A DNA stretch of 64,000 nt, taken from assembly GCA_000002445.1 (NCBI GenBank), contig CP000069.1, forward strand, positions 1,248,001 to 1,312,000. Direction: 5' to 3'. The notes beneath the pieces are model-generated. The model did not search any database. It saw nothing but the letters and a program-made list of their open reading frames with translations, and was not told where the DNA came from. The position numbers and the translations under genes are program-made. Within the stretch, counting starts at the first letter, position 1, and the number at the start of each line of letters is the position of its first letter. This document shows positions 9,255-20,569 of this stretch, piece by piece. Source of the stretch: Trypanosoma brucei (taxonomy: Eukaryota).

Positions 9255-12182
9255 TTAGAGTAAACTCTTCATCTTTGTTAAACCCTCAGTCAGTTGTGCC
9301 TCCTGCTCAACAAGCGACTCCAGTTTAACCTTATTGGCCTCACGCACATCAGCAGGCACTTTGGTTTCATAACCTGGCATTGATATCTTCTTATTGACAC
9401 CCTCAATCTGCTTCTGGAGTCCGGCGAGCTGTTTCTCGAGCTTTGCTACCTCCTTCTGCACATCAATGAAGCCAAGCAGCATCATGTTAATGCTCAGGTC
9501 TTTGTTTACTACTGCAAAACCGCAGCCCTTCGGCACCGCAGCTGCCTCCTCTTCAGGGGGTATAACCGAGACCCTGCCCACAACACCAAGCGATTCAATC
9601 ATGAACTTGTGTGACTCGACGATTTCTCTTGTTTCGGCAGCACGAGCAGTAACCCAGACGTCTGGCTTGTGTTTGTTGGTGAGGGAGTAAAAGGCTTTCG
9701 TTGAGCGGACAATATGAACTGTTTCCATCAGCAGTTTCATCTGCTCCTCAACTTGGCTGTCTTGCCAACCAGACACCTCGGGGTAAGGGGCAACCACAAT
9801 ACTTTGGACGCCAAAGGATTCATAGTTTGGTAGATAGTGCCAAAGTTCCTCTGTGAGGAATGGCATCATCGGATGTAGCAGACGGAGGGCCACCTCTACC
9901 ACATGGAGAAGCACATCTTGCACGATCACCTTCTTCTCACCTCCCGCCTGGATGGTTGGCTTTGTCAGCTCAAGATAGACATCGCAGAGCTCATATAGCC
10001 AGAAGCGGTACACGGCGTTGGTCGCAAGTGCAAAATCGTATGTACCCTCAGAAAAACCACGGGTGCATTCCTCCACAGCCACATCAAGGCGGGAAAGGAT
10101 CCACCGGCATTCGAGTGGCAGGCTCGCTACCTTTTGAGAATTGACAAGGGTCGCCTTCGGCTTATAGTCTTCTCCTAGTGCATGATATAGCACAAAGCGC
10201 ACAGCATTCCATAGCTTGTTGCATAGTTGCCTGTAGGCAACGACGCGGTCAATATCCAGGTTAACGTTGCGTCCAGACTGAGTGTAGGAAAGGAGACCGA
10301 AACGCAGAGCATCGCTGCCACACTCCGGGATGCCATTCGGAAAGGTTTCCCTCTGCAACTTCAGAGCTCTGGAAACCTCCTTTTCGTCAAGGTTGCCCGA
10401 CCTCACTGTGTCATGAAGCGCTTCAAGAGACACGCCGCTTATAATGAAGAGCGGGTCAATCACATTTCCCTTCGATTTGCTCATCTTCTCACCGTTCTTG
10501 TCACGCACCATGGCATGCAAAAACACCTCCGAGAAGGGAAGCTTACCGGTGAAGTGGAGTGACGTCATAACCATGCGGGCAACCCAGAAGAATAGGATGT
10601 CGTGACCAGTTTCCATCAGACTTCCAGGGAAGAACCTCTGCATATCACCCGTTTCGGCCGGCCAACCCATGGTGGAGAAAGGCCACATGGCGGAGCTGAA
10701 CCATGTGTCAAGCACATCACTATCCTGCTCGAGAACCAGCTCCCTAACCTCCGCATCACTGAGATTAAACTTCTCTTTTGCCTTGGCCTTTGCCTCCTCC
10801 AAATTGCGTGCAACAACCCACGGGTCCTCGTGCGTAGATGGGACAGCACCTGTGCACTTGTATGCGGGAATGCGGTGACCCCACCACAGCTGACGTGAAA
10901 CACACCACGGTTTGATGTTCTCCAACCAATGATACCATACAACCTGATGCGTTGGTGGATACAAGCGCAGTTCATTGTTACGAACGGCCTCCACCGACTT
11001 ACGAGCCATCTCCGTGCAGTCCACGAACCATTGAGGCATCAACAGCGGCTCAACAATGTCACCGGTCCTACTGCAACGGCCAACCCGATACTCATATGGG
11101 ACCACTTCGCGTAAGAGTCCCATCTTTTCCAACTCCTTCACAATCTCACGACGGCAATCAAAGCGGTGCATCCCCTTGAAGGGGCCCTCGGTGGTGACGT
11201 GCCCCTTAAGATCCATCATCGTCAACTGCGAGAGATTGTGGCGCAGCCCCGCCTCGAAATCGTTTGGGTCATGTGCCGGTGTTATCTTCACAGCACCCGT
11301 ACCGAAGTTCACATCAACCAGAACAGGATCAAGAATTAGCGGAATCGTTTCATCGCGGAATGGGCACTTTAGCCGCTTACCGTGATACTTCTTGTACCGC
11401 TCATCATCTGGATGAACAGCGACAGCGGTATCTCCAAGAATAGTCTCCGGCCGAGTTGTTGCAATGATAATTTCGTCCTCGCTGTCGGCAAACTTGTAGG
11501 CGACGTGGGTAAGCACACCCATGTCAACCTTCCTGTCGTACCCCGGGATCGTGAGCTTCGCGTTCTTCGGAACATCCTCAAATACAACCTCAAGATCGGA
11601 AATTGCACTTTGCAGCGAACAGCACCAGTTGATGAGCCGTGTCGCCCGGTAAATGAGGCCATCTTCATGAAGCTTCACGAAGCCCTCGACCACAGCTTTG
11701 GCACATTGCTCATCCATTGTGAAACGCTCCCTGGACCAGTCCAGGCTCAATCCAATACGCCGAAGCTGACGAGTTATAACACCACAGTGGTTCTCCTTGA
11801 AGACCCACACTTGCTTCAAAAATTCCTCGCGGCCAACGTCGTGGCGCGACTTTCCACTCTCCTTCATGAGACGTTTCTCCACCACAACCTGCGTCGCAAT
11901 ACCCGCGTGGTCCGTGCCAGGAAGATACAAAGTGTCATCACCTTTCATACGGTGGAAACGGATGAGCGCATCCTGCACTGCCCCGGTTAACGCGTGTCCA
12001 ATATGCAGGTGCCCAGTAACATTAGGTGGAGGAGAGACGATAACAAATGACCGGCCGCGGATGGGACGGCCCATGTCTGACGCGGGGCGGAAGAAGCCGG
12101 ACTCCTCCCACCACTCGTACCATCCGCTCTCCACGTCCTTAGGAATGTAGGCCGGAGCCATCTGGGGAGCAAGTTGTTTCAT
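9255..12182 (-). CDS. ValRS: Valyl-tRNA synthetase (class I), 975 aa
   Basis: HIGH motif PPPNVTGHLHIGHAL. KMSKS motif KMSKSKGN. Editing-domain and anticodon-binding regions typical of ValRS, with a C-terminal coiled coil. ATG verified at 12182. Confidence 0.95.
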   Translation of the reverse strand: MKQLAPQMAPAYIPKDVESGWYEWWEESGFFRPASDMGRPIRGRSFVIVSPPPNVTGHLHIGHALTGAVQDALIRFHRMKGDDTLYLPGTDHAGIATQVVVEKRLMKESGKSRHDVGREEFLKQVWVFKENHCGVITRQLRRIGLSLDWSRERFTMDEQCAKAVVEGFVKLHEDGLIYRATRLINWCCSLQSAISDLEVVFEDVPKNAKLTIPGYDRKVDMGVLTHVAYKFADSEDEIIIATTRPETILGDTAVAVHPDDERYKKYHGKRLKCPFRDETIPLILDPVLVDVNFGTGAVKITPAHDPNDFEAGLRHNLSQLTMMDLKGHVTTEGPFKGMHRFDCRREIVKELEKMGLLREVVPYEYRVGRCSRTGDIVEPLLMPQWFVDCTEMARKSVEAVRNNELRLYPPTHQVVWYHWLENIKPWCVSRQLWWGHRIPAYKCTGAVPSTHEDPWVVARNLEEAKAKAKEKFNLSDAEVRELVLEQDSDVLDTWFSSAMWPFSTMGWPAETGDMQRFFPGSLMETGHDILFFWVARMVMTSLHFTGKLPFSEVFLHAMVRDKNGEKMSKSKGNVIDPLFIISGVSLEALHDTVRSGNLDEKEVSRALKLQRETFPNGIPECGSDALRFGLLSYTQSGRNVNLDIDRVVAYRQLCNKLWNAVRFVLYHALGEDYKPKATLVNSQKVASLPLECRWILSRLDVAVEECTRGFSEGTYDFALATNAVYRFWLYELCDVYLELTKPTIQAGGEKKVIVQDVLLHVVEVALRLLHPMMPFLTEELWHYLPNYESFGVQSIVVAPYPEVSGWQDSQVEEQMKLLMETVHIVRSTKAFYSLTNKHKPDVWVTARAAETREIVESHKFMIESLGVVGRVSVIPPEEEAAAVPKGCGFAVVNKDLSINMMLLGFIDVQKEVAKLEKQLAGLQKQIEGVNKKISMPGYETKVPADVREANKVKLESLVEQEAQLTEGLTKMKSLL

Positions 12183-13802
12183 TAGGGGGAATATACGCCG
12201 AAACGTCGTTTTCCCGTTTACCTTGCAGTTAAATGTTTCACCTCAAAAGCCTCAGTCTCCTTATGGCCGAAAATAAAAAATTCTGAAAGCTCCTTCAACT
12301 GATAAGTGGTGTAAGAAAAACAAAAAAAAAAGAAAAAACAAGGGGAAAAGCACATTCCAGCGTCAACAACAGCTGAAGCAAGTAATATTCCAACTTCTCC
12401 ATTTCGGTTAAACAACTACAAATTTGTGTGGCATGAAAGCTGACCGCCTTTCTATTTCCTCACTCTCGCCTAATAAGAGCAGCAGCACTGGTTCCGCGCC
12501 AGCGCCAAGATGAAAAGAAAAAAAATCGTAATAGGGCAAAGAAAGTAGAAAAGGGAAATAATAGGGCATCACCCGTTACCGGCGATGTCGCACTCTACCC
12601 CACACTCGACACAATACACAAAAGAAAAAGAAAAGAAAAGTACCACAAACTGATGACTTCATCAAAAACATCACATATTGTCCTTTCCCCTCCCCTCGGT
12701 TGCCACGACAACGGAAGAAGAGCTTTTCTACTAACACATGTAACACCCGCACACATACACGTAAACGTACTTGAGCACGGGAAAAGATAAAAAAGACAGG
12801 GAAGAAATGAAATGAATCAGACAAATGCCACAGGATGTGACACTCGCCGATTCTCTGTTTTACGATCCCTCTTCGACGCATTTCTTCCCCATCCGCTTGC
12901 CTTCTATGCACTTAACCCGCCAGAACTCAAGAATAATGTACGACTGGAGCTAGCAATATTTGAAAAAGAAAAACAAGAAAAATAAATAGAAATTGGAAAC
13001 GCCCCTACTTTTCGCATTTTGTTTTATTTGCGTAATGATTCTCAACGAAACAACCCACTTCGTAAAGTCAAATAAAAATATATCAAGGAAGATCCGATCC
13101 CATGAAAATAAAAATAACTAAATAAACAGTGAAGGAAAAAAAGCCTCTTTCTTTTCTGCTGCTTCGACATCGTTAAGGTAGTGATGGGGTTTGGGAAAAA
13201 GAAAAAGTGGAGAAAGAAAAGACCATGGTCACCCGAAAGAAGCAACGGAGATTTGCGCGCATAGAAAAAAAAACTTCTCGCAACATCACTGCGTTTGGAA
13301 TTACTTCGACCAGGCAGCTCCCTACATCCGGCCCCTCTAATTGGGCTTCTACTCATCACAGTCTTGTTGTTCCACAAACCCTTTCAGGATTGCGATCGGA
13401 GCCGCTCATCGCTTTAAAAACTGCTCCTGAAGCGCAATTTCTGTTGTTGTTGTTGTTGGCTTCGTTTACATTTGTATTTACCTTGTATGATATTTGTTCT
13501 ATCCACCAAACTTCACCGGTTGCCTAGACGCATGTTGGCTGCGACGATAAGAACGCAACAGAGGAGATAAAGAAAGTTTAAAAAAAAAAGAAAACGATCA
13601 CGAAGCCACACGAACCCCTAGAACCTAACCCCCACCAACGTTTTTAACTGCTGCTGCTTCTTAAAGGCACCAAGCAGTCACGCATCATCTGTGACGGGTT
13701 GAAAGTGGCACCCTCCCTCCCAAGAAATGAAGACGCGCCTAACAAGCCGGGTATGAAGGTTCAAACTCTTCTCTTGTGCCTCATCTACTAACCTCAGGTG
13801 AG

Positions 13803-14306
13803 TTAGTTCAGAAATAGCTTTCTTGACTCACTCAGTTGCCGAAGAACCTCTCGCTGACGCTCATGGCACTTTTCCACCGAATTGGTAGAGTAACCATACG
13901 ACCAGTTACGCAGCTCACTGCTCCACAGCATCATAGACGAAAGATTGGCCACCACCTGTCGATACGGGTCTGTTGCACCTGGAAACGACGCCTCGGTGGT
14001 GTCAAATTCATCGTCCGCTGCACGCATCAGGGACCGCCACTTTGTCGCATTCACCCGTTGTTGCGGATCACGACTGCAAGCAACGGAAAGGAGGTGTCTT
14101 ACCATCAACCGGTGGTCCTCCCGTGATATCAAGGCTTGCTTCTCCTCTTCGGCCACAATTTCGTTTAGCCGCGCCTGCCGCCACAAGGCCACACTCTGGC
14201 GGTCCTGTTCAATATTGGCATGGCGAAGCTGCTGGGGGCACGAGGCGTCGAGAGGAACATTAAGCACCGCGCGGTTGGCAACGTTCAATTCACTGCTGGG
14301 CGCCAT
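13803..14306 (-). CDS. Conserved hypothetical protein (167 aa)
   Basis: ATG-initiated ORF (cat at 14304-14306) in the same orientation as the array. Non-repetitive composition. No recognisable domain. Confidence 0.5.
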   Translation of the reverse strand: MAPSSELNVANRAVLNVPLDASCPQQLRHANIEQDRQSVALWRQARLNEIVAEEEKQALISREDHRLMVRHLLSVACSRDPQQRVNATKWRSLMRAADDEFDTTEASFPGATDPYRQVVANLSSMMLWSSELRNWSYGYSTNSVEKCHERQREVLRQLSESRKLFLN

Positions 14307-14988
14307 CCTGCGTCACCGGGCACTGCAACGGGTGGTGGATTTCAGCTTCCACGTGGCACAGCCACTACGCGACGTGCCATGAAAGCAAAAAAACATATAT
14401 ATGCGGAAAAACGAAAAGGAAAATATTTAAAAGAAAAAAGAGAAAAGCAGCACCATCAAAACCAACCGCACAGCTAAGAAAACAGGATGAACAGTACAAT
14501 GAAGTCGACGAATTGCATCATACGCTGAACACATGCAAAAAGGCAGAGGTGGCAGATATTAACGGAGGGTATAAACGCACAAGAGGGTTACGCATTGTCA
14601 GATATCAGGCTGTTCCACATTAAAATCAACACGTTACTTGCAAGACATTTCTTGACCAGCACCGTAGTCTTTGTCTTCCCCTCTTTTGCTCTGTTCATTG
14701 ATCACACACTCTATCTTTAAATAGCAAGAATCAGGCACCCTCGGTTACGTTTAATTCCTCACAATACAAGGAACGATCTACGACACGTGTTACATGAGTG
14801 AACAAGCGCCAGCTGACCATCCATTATATGCCTTTTGGCCTCACCCTCACTTCCTTCTTGCCTACTCGATTCCTCCTTTCACCCCCTGTACAGGCCGTCA
14901 CATTGCCTCTTTCAAAGTGGAGCGCACCCTAATTGAATGCGTCGTCCTTCACAAGCGCAGATCGCACCTGTCAGAATGACAAATTATT

Positions 14989-15600
14989 TCATTTAACTGC
15001 CTTGGAGCGACGAATTAAGAGGTCCACTTGGCTCTGCTCCATACGGTACACAACAAGAGGAAACAAGGCGGGAACAAGACATAGGAAGGCGTAGACCGCC
15101 GCCTCCCGCACATAGCTCTTGTATAAGCGGTCATAGAACTCGCGGGTAACCACGGACACAATACCACGGAAATTTGTATCGTCGTAATCCTCTCCGTAGA
15201 AATATGCCGTACCTTCGCGGATGATGTTACTGTATGCTTTTTCTGTCTTCTTCCCTCCTCTCTCCAGGGAGTATAACACCTCCGTCACCCCAACGTGATA
15301 ACCACCAAGAGCCTTGGTGACAATGGTGTACTTAAGTTCGGCTGACTCACCGAAAGCAAGCGAATCCACCTGCTTCGTGCGCGTAGTACCGTCAGGTAGC
15401 AAGTCAGTAATGGTAATATCAAAGGCAGGGCTTTGACCGTAGTTGTAGACAGTCACAGTGAATTCGACGTTGTTGCCCACCACCACGTGGTCATCCGAGA
15501 TCATTTTCGAGACGAAAAGAAGCGGCTGGGGATCCGGCTGAGCCAGTGACCCGACGGCAGCAGCGGCCAAAAGAAGCGGGATGACATAGAGGAGCCGCAT
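14989..15600 (-). CDS. Translocon-associated protein subunit beta (TRAP-beta/SSR2)-like ER membrane protein, 203 aa
   Basis: N-terminal signal peptide ([20 protein letters not shown]). Luminal beta-sandwich block [22 protein letters not shown] aligns with human SSR2 [30 protein letters not shown] followed by one C-terminal transmembrane helix and a short basic tail, as in SSR2. Confidence 0.65.
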   Translation of the reverse strand: [203 protein letters not shown]

Positions 15601-16147
15601 ATCTTCCCCTCGGCTTCCTTATGGCCTGTTTTTTTCTTTCTTCGTTCCCCTGTTATCAGTGTTCTTGGTGTATTTTTAACTTTGCGGCTTATACTTTTCT
15701 CACACTTTTACTTATTTTAATTACGGGTGGCTTTCCCTTGTCACCCCTTTGACTGCTAGCGTGATCCCTTTCGACCATTTTAGGGAGGTAGGAACGAAGG
15801 AAAAAATGGTGGAAAAAATAGTGCAACACACCAGAGGGTTCGCACGAATCAGAAGATGCGCTGTTGTTGCTCAAAGTCAGAAAGACGAAACGATGGTGCC
15901 TTCACACTACAAGTTGCCACGACGAAGCTCTCCACACTACAGTTCTGTCAATGTGCTCACCGTATTTGTGCGCGCGTGCAGCGTCTGTTAATGCATATAC
16001 ATACATATGTATATGACAAAAGATGAACCCGCAGGAAACATTTCACAGAAAATTTGGAGATACTAACAAAAAGGAACCCCCAGCTGTACAACCTCCCCAA
16101 GGGAGTTGGGGGAGGGGGAAAATATGGCGGGACCCCACCATACGCGG

Positions 16148-17125
16148 TCACAACTTGAGTGCTTCCAACCTTTCGACTGTAACACGGTGGAGTGGTATGC
16201 GATTTTCCTCCAATCGCTTGCAAACTTTCTCCGTCCCATGAATCTTCCCCATGTGTTCAAACACCTCACGCGCTGGTTGAGATACCTGGCCAATGTCAAC
16301 GAGGTGGTCCATTCCTCTTCCAACGTACTCCCAGTCGCCAACCTCCACAGCGTGGGCTAAAAGCGGCGCAACAACATCAGCATCACCAAGCACACATGCG
16401 TTCTCCAGGTGCTCAGACAGATGCTGCAGGCTACAACCACCACGAAGAATATGCGTCAAAGCAAGATCGAACGGTACCGAATTCTTCGGGCACGCGGATA
16501 TGAGCATCAGAGCCTTTTCCCAATCGAGTTCTTCGATCAGTGGCCACAGGGTAACGACATCGCTTCGGGTGATACGAACGTTTCGCAACAGCTCCACAGC
16601 AACATCCCATCGCTTGTGCGCCAAAGCAACATGAACCAAATTACACCGCGTAACGGTTGCAAACGGAAAGCTATCCACAAGTTTTTCCTCCCAATCTTCA
16701 CCGGCGGCTTTCAATAGCACGGCGCACGCCTCAGCCGTTGATATCTGTTGTGAAACACTGGAAAGTCGGGCTCCCATCAGTGCAGCACTGATGGTTTTGG
16801 AATCACCTTTGTTAAGTGCTTCCCAAAATACACTCCACTCCACTTCATCCGGTGCCTTTCTCTGTAAAATCGCGGAGAGACGTATCTTTTCATTAAAGCG
16901 GCTTTTCACGTCGTCTACACGCACGCCGGTTGCGTGCATCACGGCTTTCAACAAATCAAATGTATCCACGGGAGGTGCATGATAAGGATGACGCTGATAC
17001 GCATGCAAAGCCTTCATCCAATCGCCAGTTTCGAGTGATGTGTGGAACTGCTGTGGCAGGGGCACTGCCTTCCACACCTTTTCAGTTGATTGTCTCTTCG
17101 AAAGCAGACGAATTGATGTGTTCAT
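16148..17125 (-). CDS. Conserved hypothetical alpha-helical repeat protein (325 aa)
   Basis: ATG verified at 17125. Helix-rich with repeated amphipathic helical pairs. No specific family recognised. Confidence 0.6.
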   Translation of the reverse strand: MNTSIRLLSKRQSTEKVWKAVPLPQQFHTSLETGDWMKALHAYQRHPYHAPPVDTFDLLKAVMHATGVRVDDVKSRFNEKIRLSAILQRKAPDEVEWSVFWEALNKGDSKTISAALMGARLSSVSQQISTAEACAVLLKAAGEDWEEKLVDSFPFATVTRCNLVHVALAHKRWDVAVELLRNVRITRSDVVTLWPLIEELDWEKALMLISACPKNSVPFDLALTHILRGGCSLQHLSEHLENACVLGDADVVAPLLAHAVEVGDWEYVGRGMDHLVDIGQVSQPAREVFEHMGKIHGTEKVCKRLEENRIPLHRVTVERLEALKL

Positions 17126-17515
17126 CGATTCTTACCGCATAAGCTAAATAACACGCGCAAGGAAGCATACAAAGGGACCCGATACCACCGAACGAGGAGC
17201 GTGATACACGAAAAGACGAGAAAACAACATAACGTAGCCAAAACACAACAAAACACGTGAAAATAACATTATATGATGACAAAAAAAACAACGAAGATGC
17301 TACGGCACCACTTCTACTTATGATAACACTCCAACACACACAAACGCAACAAGCTTTGTGGCGCCTCCGCGCGATATAAGTGATGCAGTAAAACATAAAT
17401 TATACATGGAAGGTCGAAAACTGACAAAAGTAGGAAGAATAACACAGCCTGTCACAACAGGCACTTCAAGAGAGGAAATTACAACAAAACGAAGCCTCTA
17501 AACAGCATGGGCGCT

Positions 17516-18826
17516 CTATTTCGTAATCCCAAATTTCTTCTTTTCATCCACAGTCAGCAAACGGGCCGGAACATGTTGACCTAGGGTTGGCACATACTCC
17601 TCAAGAAGTTGTGCACGGGCTCGTCGAATATACTCTTGAAGTTCTTCGGCTCTCTTTCTCTCCCGTTCCTCCACCTCAGCAGCCAGGCGCTGTTCCTCAC
17701 GCTTGAGTTCCTGAAACTTTTCCAACCTTCGCTCCGTCTCTAATATTTTTTGCTTCTTGATTTCTATCTGCCGCTCCCGCTCCAGACGCTTCGCCTTCGC
17801 CTGCTGAGCAAGGTCCTCGACGGCCTTCTGACGCATCATGGCCTCCTCCTGACGTTCCAGGTCCCTCGCTTTAATTCGATCCTGAATAAGGTTCCAGTTT
17901 TCTTGCTTTACTGCGTCAGCTAATTTCTCACTCCTCTCTTTAGCATCTGCTAAAGCCTGTCTCTCTCGCGATATGCGCTCAGCCTCATAATAGTCGCTCA
18001 GAAGGCTTTCCAGCTCCTCACGCTTCAACCGCTCCTCCATGATCTTTTTGCTTTGCTCCTCGAGGATTCGGGCCTTGACGGCTTCTTTCTCACGAAGCAG
18101 CTTTTCATCCGTCTCCCTGCGACGACCTTTCTCAGCCAGGTATGCCTCAATAGCCTCGTCCTCGCGCTGCTGGCGTAGTCGCTCATTTTCCTTAATTTCC
18201 TTCCGCAGCCTGTAGAACTCATCCTGCTCCGCCTGGAGTTGCCGCTGCTTCTCACGCCGCTCCAAAGCTTCAAGGAACTCCTTCTCCTGCAGACGCGCAG
18301 CGACAGCGTCGACAGCAAAGCGCTCTTGCCGGCTTTGTTCAGCATCACGCTCAGCTTGCGCCCTTCGCTCCTCGATCAGCTTGAGTTGAGCCGCTTGGTG
18401 CTCATTAAATGCTTGAATTGCTTTCCTTCTTTTTTCTTCCTCTTCTGCCTTCTCCTTTGCTTCCTTTTCGGCCAAGTAGGCGTTGTACTCTCGCTCTTCC
18501 TGTAAACGTTCTTCGCGGCGCTTGCAGCACTCATCAACCTGATCTGACCGGTCCACCTTCATGCGGGCGTGTTTCAGTTGCGCTTCTAGGTTCCGCAACT
18601 CCGGAAGGTCGCGAACGAACTGTAGCATCTTCGCATCCTTCAACTCCAGGCGCTGTCGTTCCGCCAATTCCTTTGCAAGCGCCTCGTCGCGGGCTGCGGC
18701 ACTTATCTTTCTCTCGCGCATCGCCTGAAATTCCGCCTCTTCCCGCTCCCGCGCGAGCTCTGCCTGAACAGCTTTGTAGCGATTCACACGGCGAAGCCGC
18801 TCAACACGGGCATCTCCAGCGTCCAT
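17516..18826 (-). CDS. Highly charged E/R/K-rich coiled-coil protein (MNS1/trichohyalin-like low-complexity), 436 aa from the first ATG
   Basis: The track start at 18838 is GTG. The first ATG (MDAGDARVERL...) is at 18826. Nearly the whole protein is E/R/K/A/Q heptad-like coiled coil. Confidence 0.7.
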   Translation of the reverse strand: MDAGDARVERLRRVNRYKAVQAELAREREEAEFQAMRERKISAAARDEALAKELAERQRLELKDAKMLQFVRDLPELRNLEAQLKHARMKVDRSDQVDECCKRREERLQEEREYNAYLAEKEAKEKAEEEEKRRKAIQAFNEHQAAQLKLIEERRAQAERDAEQSRQERFAVDAVAARLQEKEFLEALERREKQRQLQAEQDEFYRLRKEIKENERLRQQREDEAIEAYLAEKGRRRETDEKLLREKEAVKARILEEQSKKIMEERLKREELESLLSDYYEAERISRERQALADAKERSEKLADAVKQENWNLIQDRIKARDLERQEEAMMRQKAVEDLAQQAKAKRLERERQIEIKKQKILETERRLEKFQELKREEQRLAAEVEERERKRAEELQEYIRRARAQLLEEYVPTLGQHVPARLLTVDEKKKFGITK

Positions 18827-20107
18827 AGTAATGTTCACAAACTAAGAAAGCACTACAATTGTGCGCAACCGAATACGGAAGATGAAATAGCGAAATTCTT
18901 GTCACATTCGGTGGCACGTAGTGGAAGCAACAGGGCAAGAATGAGACATTCACGTCAGTGCGTAGGCGAAGTGAAAAATCGAAAAGGGACCAGCGAAGGG
19001 AGAACGCAGGTAAAGCCTGCGAAAAAAAAAAACGATGATTGCCAATGGACACCCAGCAATAGACTGCCAACGCGTGCGCCCGTAAGGGATATCCGTGAAC
19101 CCGGTGAAGTAAACGAGACAGAAACAACCCGTGTCCACGGCGATATGCATAACGTTAAGGAGTCACGTCCAAACCGCAGCTGCCTCCTTTTTATTTTTTT
19201 CTTTTCCTACCTTCTCTCGCCCGCCAGACTTTGCTCAGGCGTTTGACCTTTTCGGGAATGGGCGGGGAGGTACATCACAACCTCCGGGTAAATGTCAGCA
19301 CTCCCACAGCAAAGAATTTTGAGTGAACGGTTAAGAGGGAAAAAATACGTAACGCGTCACGAATGAGTGTTAAGCAGAAAGGGGTGAAAAAATGAGGGTA
19401 ATGCTTGCTTAAAACGTGAAGAGAAACGATACCGATACGCCAATTTTAAGACGAAAATCGAAGAGAGTCATGAAAGAAATTTGACAAAATAATGCTGACC
19501 ACAATCATAATGATGTGTATATGGGCTTACACTTCACTTGTTCGCGCTTCACGTAGCATCTCTTGTGCTTCAGTTGCAGAGAATGGACAGAGAAGCCACG
19601 AAAAAAAAAACTCTATATGTGATGTCGCTGCAGCGTTTTGCTCATCATTTTCCACCCTCATGATTGGGACTGGAAACTGTCGTTCAAAGAAGGGTGCGAA
19701 GGTGTGGACAGATTCAAGGCGCCATCTTAAATGCTGGGCAGTGCCCACAACAATCAATCCTTGCAAATATCCACGCCCAACAGATTCACAGTAATGTGCA
19801 CGTCTGCGCACGCTTCCCGATACGCTGGTGGCACACGGCCCCGCAGTGCCCTCTAGAATACTCATGAAATAAAAACTCTTTTCCTCATTGCCAGCACTCA
19901 GCACTTCCATGAGAAAAATTCCCGCCACACATCCCTCCCCTAAATGTTGCCCCACCACCAAAAACAAAAACATTAACGAAAATGATACAACTAAGGCATC
20001 TAACACGATACAGATAGTGGGTATGTGCTCGAAATGCCAGGGGCCATTCTCACTACAGTAACGCACGGTAAGCGCATGGCGAACCGTTGTTACCACACCA
20101 CAACCTC

Positions 20108-20569
20108 CTAATACGAATGCAACCGCCCCTCGCCTGCTGGACCGCTACTGTCATTCCAGCGCGCTCCCTCAAAGATTTCTCTGTCAGATGGGGGCGGGGG
20201 GACATCTGTCCGAGGATAGTTCTCGTCAAACCCCTCCAGTGGGATGTATGAGGGGTCGCGACCCAGCGCAGCTGCTTGGGCGTACTCGCGCCCAACTTTG
20301 CGGCCATATTCTGAAATGCAAGGACTCCTCACGTGATATAATACCACCAGAGGTGTATTCCTGGATGCGCAATAGTGATGATGCAGCGCGGCGATCGCAG
20401 AGTCCGCATCGTCCACGGCGTTGTACATCACCTCCGCAAACTGCACCGATCCCTCAAACACAATCTTGACATCAGCAACGTGACCGTAAGCCGAGAACAG
20501 GCGTTCTACATACTGCGCGTTCGCTACTGTGGGTAAATTTGCCACGAACAACAGAGCAGAAGAGGACAT
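20108..20569 (-). CDS. Small RRM-domain protein resembling spliceosomal SF3b14/p14 (153 aa from the first ATG)
   Basis: The track start at 20752 is TTG, and its first 61 codons are not protein-like. The first ATG is at 20569 (MSSSALLFVANLP...). Single RRM: LFVANLP...VERLFSAYGHVADVKI...FAEVMYNAVDDADSAIAAL...NTPLVVLYHV parallels human p14 ILYVRNLP...EEMYDIFGKYG...AYVVYEDIFDAKNACDHL...NRYLVVLYY. Confidence 0.6.
   Translation of the reverse strand: MSSSALLFVANLPTVANAQYVERLFSAYGHVADVKIVFEGSVQFAEVMYNAVDDADSAIAALHHHYCASRNTPLVVLYHVRSPCISEYGRKVGREYAQAAALGRDPSYIPLEGFDENYPRTDVPPPPSDREIFEGARWNDSSGPAGEGRLHSY

Noticed and set aside
11382-11990. 202-aa plus-strand ORF (and several others at 9394-12150) inside the valyl-tRNA synthetase gene
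   Set aside because: Antisense shadow ORFs within a strongly supported 975-aa CDS. Trypanosome genes do not overlap on opposite strands.
19527-20096. 189-aa ORF on the minus strand immediately after the stop of the RRM-protein gene
   Set aside because: The first codon is GTG (plus 'cac' at 20094-20096). It begins only 11 nt after the upstream gene's stop, leaving no room for a 3'UTR, pyrimidine tract or spliced-leader site. The first real ATG is 41 codons in. Most likely it is 3'UTR read-through. Kept out of the features with low residual probability.
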